NCBI GenBank assembly: GCA_009836625.1
Contig: VXVC01000009.1
Location: 29,723-93,722, forward strand
Reading direction: 5' to 3'
Origin: Holophagales bacterium
Lineage (GTDB): Bacteria; Acidobacteriota; Thermoanaerobaculia; Multivoradales; Multivoraceae
DNA length: 64,000 nucleotides
Within the stretch, counting starts at the first letter, position 1; every line of letters starts with the position of its first letter. The notes below the pieces were generated by a model, which worked only from the letters and a program-made list of their open reading frames with translations, was not told where the DNA came from and did not search any database. This document shows positions 52,605 to 61,760 of this stretch, in pieces. Made by a program: the position numbers and the translations under genes.

Positions 52605-52647
52605 AGAATCCGCCTCAAGGCAAACAGCGGCGGGCGACACGGAGTTC

Positions 52648-52677
52648 ATCTTAGGGAGGCTTGAAGCCGGCTGTCAA
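52648..52677 (-). promoter_or_regulatory. Promoter of tRNA-Asn
   Basis: TTGACA (52677-52672), N18, TAAGAT (52653-52648). Confidence 0.6.
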
Positions 52678-52695
52678 ACCCCGCAGGGGCGGCCG

Positions 52696-54420
52696 CTACA
52701 GGCGGTTGCGGTAGGGGCTCAGTTGCCCCGAGCGACTCGGATGACGCAGCTTGCGGAGCGCCTTCGATTCGATCTGACGGATCCGCTCGCGCGTCACGTT
52801 GAACGAACGCCCCACGTCCTCCAGCGTCGACTCGGCGCCGTCACCGACCCCGAAGCGCATCCGGAGCACGAGCTCCTCCCGCGGGCTCAGCGTCTGCAGG
52901 ACCGCGGCGGTCTGCTCGCTGAGGTTCTTCAGGAGCAGCGTGTCGAGCGGCGAGACGGCGCTCGCGTCCTCGATGAAGTCGCCAAGGGAGGAGTCCGCCT
53001 CTTCGCCGATCGGCGTCTCGAGCGAGATCGGTTCCAGCGCGATCTTCATGATCTCGCGGACGTGCGAAACCTCCATGTCCATCTGCTCGGCGATTTCGGC
53101 GACGGTGGGCTCCCGGCCCAGTTCCTGGACCATCGCGCGGCTGGTCCGGGTGAGCTTGTTGATCGTGTCGATCATGTGGACCGGGATGCGAATCGTCCTT
53201 GCCTGGTCGGCGATCGCCCGCGTGATCGCCTGGCGGATCCACCAGGTCGCGTACGTCGAGAACTTGTAGCCGCGGCGGTACTCGAACTTCTCCACCGCGC
53301 GAATGAGCCCGATGTTGCCGTCCTGAATCAGGTCGAGGAGCTGCAGCCCGCGGTTCGTGTACTTCTTGGCGATCGACACGACCAGACGAAGGTTCGCCAG
53401 GATCATCTCGGAACGCGCCTGCTCGCAGATCGCCTCGCCTCGCCGCACCTTGTTCAGCGTCGCGGTCACCTGCGCGAGGGTCGTGCCGTAACGCTCTTCC
53501 GACGCCCGGAGACGCGCGCGGTATTTCTCGATCCGGCGTCGCTGCAGGGCGCCGAGTTCCGTGTCGCGCTCCCGGTCGAGCGCGATCTGCGCCCGGCGAA
53601 TGTCCCGGTCGTGGCGCGAGATCTCCGCGTAGAGCTGCTTGAGGATCTCGACCAGGCGGCTGCGTGTCTGCGCCGTCAACTCGATCGAGCGGATCTGCTC
53701 GGTGATCTTGCCCGCCGTGCGATCGATCTCGCGTTCGATCTCCGCGAAACGATCGCTGCCCGGCCGGCAACGATCGCTCTGCCGGCGCAGACGGCGCACC
53801 TGCCGGTCGAGCGTCTCGATCGCCCGGAAGATCCGGAGGTTCTTCTCGATCCGATCCCTGGCGCTCTGGTCGAGGTGGGCGCCGCCGTCGGCCAGGAGCT
53901 CCCGCATCAGGCGCCGGTCGCGACGCGCCAGCTCGTTGATCCGCAGCAGCTCCCGCAGCACGACCGCGTTGTCGCACAGCGCCTCGAACACGATCCACTC
54001 GCCCCGCTCGATCCGTTTGGCGATCTCCACTTCGCCTTCCCGATCGAGCAGATCGACTCGCCCCATCTCCCGCAGGTAGACCCGGACCGGATCCGTCGTC
54101 CGGTCGTGGGGCGTGAGAACGGCGGGTTCCGGCTCGCTCCGTTCGACGCCGCCGATCGCGGGCAGCGGATCGGAGTCGCCGACGTTGACGAAGGCCGGCG
54201 GACGCCGGATCACTCCCGTGCCCATCGACACCAGACGTGACCGGATCGCGTCCATGTCCCGCGGCTCGGCGAGCAGTTCCTCGGGCAACCGGGTCTCGAG
54301 CTCGTCCTGAAGCAGGTAGCCCTTCTCGCGGCCCAGGTTGAAGATGCCGCGGACCGAGCTGTGGCGCTGCTCGATCGGCTCGATCTCCTCGGCGCGGACG
54401 GCCGCGGTGTTCAGCGCCAC
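52696..54420 (-). CDS. rpoD: Primary sigma factor RpoD
   Basis: [44 protein letters not shown] and [10 protein letters not shown] motifs. Confidence 0.97.
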   Translation of the reverse strand: MALNTAAVRAEEIEPIEQRHSSVRGIFNLGREKGYLLQDELETRLPEELLAEPRDMDAIRSRLVSMGTGVIRRPPAFVNVGDSDPLPAIGGVERSEPEPAVLTPHDRTTDPVRVYLREMGRVDLLDREGEVEIAKRIERGEWIVFEALCDNAVVLRELLRINELARRDRRLMRELLADGGAHLDQSARDRIEKNLRIFRAIETLDRQVRRLRRQSDRCRPGSDRFAEIEREIDRTAGKITEQIRSIELTAQTRSRLVEILKQLYAEISRHDRDIRRAQIALDRERDTELGALQRRRIEKYRARLRASEERYGTTLAQVTATLNKVRRGEAICEQARSEMILANLRLVVSIAKKYTNRGLQLLDLIQDGNIGLIRAVEKFEYRRGYKFSTYATWWIRQAITRAIADQARTIRIPVHMIDTINKLTRTSRAMVQELGREPTVAEIAEQMDMEVSHVREIMKIALEPISLETPIGEEADSSLGDFIEDASAVSPLDTLLLKNLSEQTAAVLQTLSPREELVLRMRFGVGDGAESTLEDVGRSFNVTRERIRQIESKALRKLRHPSRSGQLSPYRNRL

Positions 54421-54429
54421 GACATCTCC

Positions 54430-56235
54430 TCAGCGCCCCGACTGCCGGTAGAGCTGGCGGCTGAGCTGCTGCTTCTCCTCGATCATCCGGTGCAGGGTCT
54501 CCATGTCACCTTCACGCTGTGCGCGATTGATCTCCCGGGCAAGCAGATTGAGCCGCTGTCTGGCGAAACGTCGACCCAACTCGGCGAGACTGACTCGAAG
54601 TTCCGATTCATCCGATTCAGAGAAGGCAGACGACCGTTGTAACAAAAGCCCGGCGATCCGGTCAACAGGTCGATCGGTCTCGTTGTCCGTCCCGCGCCGG
54701 CGGCCCAGGACGTCCACGAGAGCGCCGGAATCGATCCGCTCCGCCCCCGCTTGAGCCTGCTCGCGCATGGCCTCGTAGATGGCGCGCAGGGCGGGATCGA
54801 AGAAGGCATCCGGCGCCGGCCATTCGATGCCGCGCAGGTCCGGGGCGGCGGCAGTCAGACGCAGCACCTGCTCCTCGATCGACGAAGTCACCGGAGGACG
54901 CGGTCGCGCAGCGGGTTCGGGCGAATCCGGCGCGGCCGGCCGCTCCGCGGCGGCTGCGGACTCACGCAGGAGCACGTCGACCTTCACACCGAGGCGCTCG
55001 GCGGCTGTCTCGAAGTAGCCCCTTCTCGCGATCGGTTCGCCGACCCGGTCGATCAGCGTCCGCACTCGCGCGGCCTCGCGGGCGCGCAGCCGGGGGTCGA
55101 GCTCGGCGCGGCTGGGCAGATCGTCGATCTCGATCGCCACCGCATCCCGGGCCTCGGCAACCGTGGCGCGTACCGCCTCGGGTCCCTCGTCGAGCCGCAA
55201 CGAGTCCGGATCCTGGCCCGCCGGAAAGAGCGCGCGGCGGACGTTGAGCCCGGCCTCGAGCATGAGTCCCGCCGCCTTGCGGGCCGCCTCGATGCCGGCG
55301 CGGTCACCGTCGTAACCGAGAACCACCTCGTCGGTGTAGCGGGAAAGCAGCCGCACTTGCTGCCCGGTGAGCGCCGTCCCCATGCTCGCGACCGCCCAGT
55401 CGATACCGGACGCCGCGGCGCCGAGGACGTCGAAGTAGCCCTCGACCAGGAGCGCCCGGCCCTGTTCCCGGATGCCGCGACGGGCAGCGTCGAGGCCGTA
55501 GAGCAGGGTGCCCTTCCGGAAGTGGTCCGTCTCGTTCGTGTTGACGTACTTGGCCTGGTCGTCGCCGAGGGTGCGTCCGCCGAACGCCAGCAGGCGGCCG
55601 GCGGGGGACCGGATGGGGAACATCAGCCGGTTGCGGAACCGGTCGTAGGGACGGTCGGGCGCCTTCGGGCTGCGGGCGATCAGCCCGGCGGATTCGAGAT
55701 CGGGAACCGGGATGCGTCGGCTCAGATCCTCGATCATTGTCCGCCAGTCGTCGGGTGCGTAGCCGACGCCGAAACGGGAGATCAGCTCGGACGGCACCTT
55801 GCGCCGCTGGAGGTACTGCTGCGGCACGGGTTCCGTCCTGAGCTTCGCCCGGAAGAAGTCGTAGGCGGCCTCGAGCGCGGCCTGGATGCGCTCGGAGCGG
55901 TCGGGCCGGCCGTCGGCGTCTGGCCCGGAGGCGCGCCGCAGGGGAATCCCGTAGCGCCGGGCCAGGTGCTCGATCGTGGTGGCGAAGGTGTCGCCCGTGA
56001 GTTCCATGTGGAAGCGCAGGGCGTCGCCGCCGGCGCCGCAGCCGAAGCAGTAGTAGAGCTTGCGCTCGGGGTCGAGCGACAGCGAAGGCGTCTTCTCCTT
56101 GTGGAAGGGGCAGAGCGCCACGAAGCGCTGTCCCCGGCGCTCGACCTTCGTGTGCTCGCTGACCAGGTCGATGAGGTCGACCGCCTCGCGCACCGCGTCC
56201 ACCGCCTCATCGGTGAGCCTGGAGCGCCGCTGCAC
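54430..56235 (-). CDS. dnaG: DNA primase
   Basis: Zinc finger CPFH...CFGC, RFRNRLMFPI, KYVNT, VEGYFD and GYDGDRAG motifs. Confidence 0.96.
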   Translation of the reverse strand: MQRRSRLTDEAVDAVREAVDLIDLVSEHTKVERRGQRFVALCPFHKEKTPSLSLDPERKLYYCFGCGAGGDALRFHMELTGDTFATTIEHLARRYGIPLRRASGPDADGRPDRSERIQAALEAAYDFFRAKLRTEPVPQQYLQRRKVPSELISRFGVGYAPDDWRTMIEDLSRRIPVPDLESAGLIARSPKAPDRPYDRFRNRLMFPIRSPAGRLLAFGGRTLGDDQAKYVNTNETDHFRKGTLLYGLDAARRGIREQGRALLVEGYFDVLGAAASGIDWAVASMGTALTGQQVRLLSRYTDEVVLGYDGDRAGIEAARKAAGLMLEAGLNVRRALFPAGQDPDSLRLDEGPEAVRATVAEARDAVAIEIDDLPSRAELDPRLRAREAARVRTLIDRVGEPIARRGYFETAAERLGVKVDVLLRESAAAAERPAAPDSPEPAARPRPPVTSSIEEQVLRLTAAAPDLRGIEWPAPDAFFDPALRAIYEAMREQAQAGAERIDSGALVDVLGRRRGTDNETDRPVDRIAGLLLQRSSAFSESDESELRVSLAELGRRFARQRLNLLAREINRAQREGDMETLHRMIEEKQQLSRQLYRQSGR

Positions 56236-56277
56236 GACCGCTCATGCTACAGCGAGCGCACCCAGTGGGCGGGGCCG

Positions 56278-58782
56278 CTAGCGCAGGACGACTTCAGTCG
56301 CGCCGTCGCCGCCGGCGGAGGGCGGAGCAGGATCGAAACCGGCAACGCCCGGGTGGCTTCGCAGATGCTCCCGAACGGCCCGCCGCAGCCGGCCGCTGCC
56401 GTGGCCATGGACCACCCGAACCCGTTCGCGGCCGGCCGCCAAGGCGCGGTCCAGGTAGGCGTCGAGGGATTCCAGAGCCGGTTCGACCTGTTGGCCGATC
56501 AGGAGCAGCTCCGCTTCGACCGGGTCGGCCTGCGACCGCTGGACCCGGACCCGGCCGGGCGCCGGGCGTTCTCCGCCGGCTACGGCGGCAAGGTCGGCGC
56601 TCGGCGTTCGGACCCGCTTGCCGCGGACCAGCACGGTCGCCTGGTCGCCGCGAAGCTCCACGAGTTCACCCAGCCAGCCCAGCGAACCGTGGCGGACGCG
56701 GGCGCCGAGCGTGAGGGGACGCTGCTCATCCGGCCGCGGCGGCTCCTCCGGTTCCCGATGCGGCGGCGCGTCGACGTCGCCGGCCGCGAGGGAAGCACGA
56801 TCGGCCGCCGCCGACAGGTCCCGGTCGAGTTCTCCGTGCAGGGATGAAGCCGCTCGGGCGAACGCCCGTTTGCCCGGTCCCCGGGGTGTCGACGACAACT
56901 CGGCCAGCGCCTCATCCAGCCGGCGGCGATTCGCCCGGCGCAGCGCGTCGACCTCGCGCCCGAGGGCCTGTTCCAGCCGCCGCCTGGCCGCCCGCAGCGA
57001 CTCCTGCCCGGTCTCGTAGCGGGCGCGGGCCGCCTCCGTCTCGGCGCTCAGCCGGGCGAGCTCCGCCTCCCGCTCCAGCAGCCGCTCGCGGAGGCGTTCG
57101 TTGCGTTCCAGCACCCGCCGCAGCTTCTGGTGCTCGGAGCCCAGGAAGTGCTCGGCCCGCTCCAGCCAGGCCGGCGGAAGGCCGAGCCGGCGCGCCAGCG
57201 CCAGCGCCTGGCTGCCTCCGGGCGGACCAACGACCAGCCGGTAGGTGGGGAGGCCGTTCTCCGGGTCGAAACCCATCGCGGCGCAGGAGGCCGCCTGCGA
57301 CTCGAGTGCGGCGGCGGCGAGCTGGGTGAGATGCGTCGTCAGAATGCCGAGCGAGCCTCGCTCGACCAGCCCCTCGAGCAGGGCGATACCGAGCGCGGCG
57401 CCCTCTTCCGGGTTCGTGCCCGCGCCGACCTCGTCGAGCAGGACCAGGGTCGAGGGCCCGGCCCGGCGCCACACTTCCCGCAGGCGCAGCAGCCGGGCGC
57501 TGAACGTCGACTGCTCGTCGAGGACGCTCTGTTCGTCGCCAACCACCGCCACCACGTGGTCGAGGATCGGCAGACGGCTTTCCCGCGCGGCGGGTACCGG
57601 CAGGCCGGCCTGGTTCATCAGGCACAGCAGCCCCACCGTCTTCAGGGCGACCGTCTTGCCGCCGGCGTTCGGACCGGTCAGGACCAGAGTACGGTGGTCG
57701 TCGAGCTTCAGGTCGAGCGGCACGACGACGCCCCGGTTGCCGGCCGCTCCCAGCGCCGACTCCCTGCGGTCGGCGAGCCGTGGGTCGAGCAGCGGGTGGC
57801 GAGCGCCCCGGAGTTCGAGCACCGGCGCCCTGCCGGCCGGATCGTCCAATGCGACCGTGGCGAGCACGGCGTCGACATCGCCCGCGAAGCGCGCCGCCGC
57901 CTGCGTCGCGTCGACGGCAGCCAGGAAGTCGAGGCGCGCGACGATCGCCGGCACAAGAACCTGCACCTGAGCCACCAGCTCGGCAAGGATGCGGGTGCGC
58001 TCGATGTCCCGGTCGGAGGCGATCCGCTCCAGTTCGTCGTTTCCCTCGACCACCTCCGACGGTTCGAAGTAGAAGCTCCTGCCCGAGGCGGAGCGGCCCC
58101 TGACCAGACCGGCGAGGCGTCCGCGGCTGCCGGAGGGCAGAAGCACCGAAAGCCGGCCGCCCCGCATGGGGGTCGAATCGTCCGCCAGGGCGTTGGCGTG
58201 CTCCCGCACATAGACCTGAAGCGAAGCCTCGACCGAGGCCTGGGTGCGCCGGGCGTCCCGGACAAGCGTCCGCAGGCGCGGCGTCGCGTCGTCCCGCACC
58301 TCGCCACGACGGTCCAGCATGCGACGTAGACGGCTCGCCAGCCCGGCACAGCCTCCGCCCTGTTGGCCCGGCGCCGCGGCTTCCTCGGCGCCGGCCTCCA
58401 TCAGTCGTAGCGTCTCGACCTCGGCGGCACACCGGGGCGTGGCCTCGAAGTTCTCGAGCCGTTCCAGAACCTCTTCGCTGACCTCGATCGCCGCCGCCAG
58501 GTCGAGCAGCTCCGGCCCGCCCAAACCCCGACCGTCCCCGTCGAGATGATCGCGCAGGTCGAGAAGCCCGTCGAGCGACGGCACCAAAACGCCGTTCTGT
58601 TCAACGTCGTGGGCGATCTCCGCATAGCGAACCCGGCGCCGTTCGACCTCGCCGCGGTCGGTCGCCGGTTCGATCGCCCGAACCGCCTGGCTGCCGGCGT
58701 CGGTCGAGGCGAAACCCGCGAGAACGGCGAGCAGCGACGAAAACTCGAGTGCCTCGGACGTCGCGCCGCTGCAGCAACTCAT
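56278..58782 (-). CDS. mutS2: Endonuclease MutS2 (ATPase plus C-terminal Smr domain)
   Basis: TGPNAGGKT, DEQSTFS, LDEVGAGT, TTH and Smr VVHGHGSGRLR motifs. Start uncertain (58782 or 58806). Confidence 0.92.
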   Translation of the reverse strand: MSCCSGATSEALEFSSLLAVLAGFASTDAGSQAVRAIEPATDRGEVERRRVRYAEIAHDVEQNGVLVPSLDGLLDLRDHLDGDGRGLGGPELLDLAAAIEVSEEVLERLENFEATPRCAAEVETLRLMEAGAEEAAAPGQQGGGCAGLASRLRRMLDRRGEVRDDATPRLRTLVRDARRTQASVEASLQVYVREHANALADDSTPMRGGRLSVLLPSGSRGRLAGLVRGRSASGRSFYFEPSEVVEGNDELERIASDRDIERTRILAELVAQVQVLVPAIVARLDFLAAVDATQAAARFAGDVDAVLATVALDDPAGRAPVLELRGARHPLLDPRLADRRESALGAAGNRGVVVPLDLKLDDHRTLVLTGPNAGGKTVALKTVGLLCLMNQAGLPVPAARESRLPILDHVVAVVGDEQSVLDEQSTFSARLLRLREVWRRAGPSTLVLLDEVGAGTNPEEGAALGIALLEGLVERGSLGILTTHLTQLAAAALESQAASCAAMGFDPENGLPTYRLVVGPPGGSQALALARRLGLPPAWLERAEHFLGSEHQKLRRVLERNERLRERLLEREAELARLSAETEAARARYETGQESLRAARRRLEQALGREVDALRRANRRRLDEALAELSSTPRGPGKRAFARAASSLHGELDRDLSAAADRASLAAGDVDAPPHREPEEPPRPDEQRPLTLGARVRHGSLGWLGELVELRGDQATVLVRGKRVRTPSADLAAVAGGERPAPGRVRVQRSQADPVEAELLLIGQQVEPALESLDAYLDRALAAGRERVRVVHGHGSGRLRRAVREHLRSHPGVAGFDPAPPSAGGDGATEVVLR

Positions 58783-58811
58783 TTCAGCTCGGCACCGAAT
58801 CGCCAAGCTCG

Positions 58812-58831
58812 GCGCAGCGACTTCGCTGCGC
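58812..58831 (-). terminator. GC-rich hairpin between rpsU and mutS2 (possible attenuator or processing site)
   Basis: GCGCAGCG-ACTT-CGCTGCGC forms an 8-bp stem. There is no clear U-tract. Confidence 0.3.
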
Positions 58832-58838
58832 GGACTCC

Positions 58839-59048
58839 CTAGGCGAGGCCGGCGCGGCGCTCTTCAGCCAGGCGCCGCAGCATCTTCTTGCGCGCCTGCA
58901 TGACCTTGCGCTTCCGCTTGACCGACGGCTTCTCGAAGTGTTGGCGCTTCTTGAGCTCGGTCAGAATGCCTTCCTTCTCGCACTTCCGCTTGAAGCGGCG
59001 GAGCGCGTTCTCGAAGCTCTCGTCTTCGCGTACCTGCACAACCGGCAT
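58839..59048 (-). CDS. rpsU: 30S ribosomal protein S21
   Basis: [29 protein letters not shown]...RQHFEKPS. Start set at ATG 59048. Confidence 0.97.
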   Translation of the reverse strand: MPVVQVREDESFENALRRFKRKCEKEGILTELKKRQHFEKPSVKRKRKVMQARKKMLRRLAEERRAGLA

Positions 59049-59132
59049 GAAGTGATCTCGTTCCCGTGGTTTGCGGGCTCGCGCCCGGATAGCCCGCGGT
59101 AGACGACGCACGTCAGCCCGCGAGCGTTGCGG

Positions 59133-59161
59133 ATTCTGCACGAGCCCGCCCGCCCCGTCAA
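59133..59161 (-). promoter_or_regulatory. Promoter of the rpsU operon
   Basis: TTGACG (59161-59156), N17, CAGAAT (59138-59133). Confidence 0.6.
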
Positions 59162-59175
59162 GGGCGGCGGGCCGC

Positions 59176-59967
59176 CTACTCTTCTTCTTCCCGGCCCTCG
59201 ACGGCGTTGGCGTCGGTGCGGTAGACCTTCCTGTCGCCCTCGCGGAAGAACACACCGGCAGCAGCACCGTCACCGTGTTCTTCGGGATTCTTCGGGTAGA
59301 ACCAGGCGAAGACGTTCTCCGCGTCGAACTCTCGAACGTTGCGGTGGAAGACCTTGCCGAGAAGCGCTTCGACCTCGGCCTCGGTCATGCCCCGATTGAC
59401 CTGCGCCAACCGTTCGGCGGTGATGTAGCGCGCTTCCTGGTAGTCCGCCAGCCGCGCCTGGAGATCGGCGTTGTCGGGGTCGACGCCGAGGGCCCGCTCG
59501 AGGATCTCGACCGCCCTGCGGTAGTCGCCGCCCTTGACCACGTACTCCTCCGCCAGGTACATGTCCTCGGCACTTTTCATCGCGAAGGCGTTGCGCTGCT
59601 CCTCGGTCATTTCGCCGCCGAGTTCCCACTCCGCCTCGTTGATGTAGTTGACCAGCTTGGTCGAAAACGCCTCGCCGTCGCTGCCGACCTCGTTGTCGAG
59701 CGCTTCGACCTCCGCGTTCAGGGCCTCGACATCGTCTTCCTCGCCCGGCGCGGCAACTCGCGCGCGGAGCCCCGCCAGTTCGTCGCGCTTGGCGTTCAGG
59801 GCCGCCTGATCCTCCTGCAGTTCGGCCCACGCATCGGCGCGCGCGACGGCGACCCGCTCCTCCTCCGAGGGGCCGCATGCGACCAGAGCGGCGAACAGAA
59901 CGATGACCGAAGCGCCGGCGGCAAAACCCGCCCGGCCCGGCCGCCCGATTGGAGTGGATCTCGACAT
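59176..59967 (-). CDS. Lipoprotein with a coiled coil, a TPR and a BamE/SmpA-like C-terminal domain
   Basis: SD AAGGAGG, lipobox LVAC, TPR-like [20 protein letters not shown] and [16 protein letters not shown]. Confidence 0.7.
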   Translation of the reverse strand: MSRSTPIGRPGRAGFAAGASVIVLFAALVACGPSEEERVAVARADAWAELQEDQAALNAKRDELAGLRARVAAPGEEDDVEALNAEVEALDNEVGSDGEAFSTKLVNYINEAEWELGGEMTEEQRNAFAMKSAEDMYLAEEYVVKGGDYRRAVEILERALGVDPDNADLQARLADYQEARYITAERLAQVNRGMTEAEVEALLGKVFHRNVREFDAENVFAWFYPKNPEEHGDGAAAGVFFREGDRKVYRTDANAVEGREEEE

Positions 59968-60089
59968 TCTGGCGCCTCCTTGGACCGCTTGTTGCGTGTC
60001 GCGGACTATACCCCAAGCCGGGCCGCGATCGGGTGCCCATGAAGGCGCATTACGGGGCTATACTGCGGCACTGCGCTCGGGGGCCCTGA

Positions 60090-60162
60090 GGGTCCATAGC
60101 TCAGCGGTTAGAGCATCCGGCTCATAACCGGCAGGTCCCTGGTTCGAATCCAGGTGGACCCA
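60090..60162 (+). tRNA. tRNA with CAT anticodon, probably Ile2 (elongator Met not excluded); CCA not encoded
   Basis: GGGTCCA...CCGG-CT-CAT-AA-CCGG...GGTTCGAATCC...TGGACCC-A. A paired G1-C72 and the lack of three G-C anticodon-stem pairs exclude fMet. Confidence 0.9.
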
Positions 60163-60220
60163 CACCGCGACCTGCGGAGCCTGCGAACGCTAACTGACTG
60201 GAAGCTCTGACAATCGGCGC

Positions 60221-60961
60221 ATGGAAAGAGTCCTCGACACGATCGTAGATCTGCAGCAGGCGAGCGTGGAACTCACTCACAGCCGCGCCCTGCTGGAGGG
60301 GGTTCCCGAATCGATGCAGGAACTCCACGACCAGTACGAGCATCAACGGAGCGAGATCGAACGGCTCGAGCAGGAGTGGCAGCAGGCCGAGCTCGAGCGC
60401 CGCGCCGCGGAAACGGAGGCGGCGACGGGCAAGGAGAGCATCGAGCGCTACCAGGAACAGATCGCCCGCGTGACGACGCAGCGCGAGTACAGCGCCCTTC
60501 TGAGCGAGATCGACACCGTGCGCGCCAGGATGCGGGAAGCGGACGACGAGGCGCTGCAGGCCATCGAACGCCAGGAGGAGACGTCGACGCAACTCGACGA
60601 GATCCGTGGCGCGTTCGAGAGCCTGAACGAGCAGTACCAGGCGCAGCTCGCCGTGTGGGAAGAGCAGAAGCCCGAGATGCGAAAGCGGGTCGAAGCGCTC
60701 GAGGGACAGATCGAGGTGTTCCGCGAACGCCTGCCGCCCGCCGCCCTGCTCCAGTACGAGCGCCTGTTCGACCGCCACAGCGGCGCGCCCCTGGCGGCCA
60801 TCGGAGTCGTGGAGAGCACCGGTGCTCCCATCCGCCACTGCTCCTTCTGCAACTACCGGATCAGGCCCCAGGTCGTGGTGCAGATTCAGACCCAGGGCGC
60901 GCTCGTACCCTGCGATTCCTGCCAGCGGATCCTGTACCTGGACGACGGAGAGGCCGGCTGA
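60221..60961 (+). CDS. Coiled-coil protein with a C-terminal C4 zinc ribbon (DUF164/HP0958-like)
   Basis: Long coiled coil with TTQREYSAL..EI, then CSFC...PCDSCQRILY. Confidence 0.88.
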   Translation: MERVLDTIVDLQQASVELTHSRALLEGVPESMQELHDQYEHQRSEIERLEQEWQQAELERRAAETEAATGKESIERYQEQIARVTTQREYSALLSEIDTVRARMREADDEALQAIERQEETSTQLDEIRGAFESLNEQYQAQLAVWEEQKPEMRKRVEALEGQIEVFRERLPPAALLQYERLFDRHSGAPLAAIGVVESTGAPIRHCSFCNYRIRPQVVVQIQTQGALVPCDSCQRILYLDDGEAG

Positions 60962-61680
60962 ACGAGGCGCCGGGGAAGCCCGCGGCCGAACGCCACGCGG
61001 AGATAGTGCACCGGCTGGCGGAGGCCTGCCGGGAGGCGGGCAGACAGCCGGAAGACGTCGCCCTGGTCGGCGCCTGCAAGCGCCAGCCGCTCCAACGGAT
61101 CGCAGAGGCGGTGGACGCCGGTCTCCGCATCCTCGGTGAAAACCAGGTCCAGGAAGGCGAGGCGCACCGCGCGGCGCTGCTCGAAGCCGGCTACGGCGAC
61201 GGGGTCGCCTGGCATCTGATCGGACCGCTGCAGACGAACAAGGCGGCCCGCGCCTGCGACGCCTTCGACGTCTTCGAAGCGGTCGACCGGCCGAAGATCG
61301 CGGAACGGCTGGACCGCGTGCTCGGCAGCCGGGGGCTCGGCGTCCGCGGCTGCCTGCTGGAAGTGAACATCGGCCGCGAACCCAGCAAGCACGGGTTCCT
61401 GCCCGAGGACACGGAAGCGATGCTGCGCATGGGCGACCTCGACCATCTGCGGATTCGCGGCCTGATGGCGATTCCCCCGCAGCGCGCCGATGCGCGCGAG
61501 TCCCGCTCCGACTTCGCGGCGCTCAGGCGCCTGCGCGACCGGCTGGCCCGGGACGGCCTGTTCGGAAACCAGGAAGGGTGGCTGTCGATGGGCATGAGCG
61601 CCGACTTCGAGGTCGCCGTCCTCGAGGGCGCCACCCACGTGCGGATCGGGACCGCGTTGTTCGGTCCCCGACCGCGGTAA
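60958..61680 (+). CDS. yggS: PLP homeostasis protein YggS
   Basis: GENQVQE, WHLIGPLQTNK, EVNIG, GLMAIP, SMGMSADF and GATHVRIGTALFG motifs. Start uncertain (CTG 60958 or GTG 61006). Confidence 0.92.
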   Translation: MNEAPGKPAAERHAEIVHRLAEACREAGRQPEDVALVGACKRQPLQRIAEAVDAGLRILGENQVQEGEAHRAALLEAGYGDGVAWHLIGPLQTNKAARACDAFDVFEAVDRPKIAERLDRVLGSRGLGVRGCLLEVNIGREPSKHGFLPEDTEAMLRMGDLDHLRIRGLMAIPPQRADARESRSDFAALRRLRDRLARDGLFGNQEGWLSMGMSADFEVAVLEGATHVRIGTALFGPRPR

Positions 61681-61710
61681 GGACGCCGGCCAAGGCCGGC
61701 GACGCTACCT

Positions 61711-61760
61711 GGCCGCCTTCGGCGGAAGCGGGTCAGAAGACCCGCGCACCGAGCACGGTG
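61711..61760 (+). repeat. Second copy of the REP-like hairpin repeat
   Basis: GGCCGCCTTCGGCGG..GCGGGTCAGAAGACCCGCGCACC..GAGCACGGTG matches 37014-37066. Confidence 0.75.
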
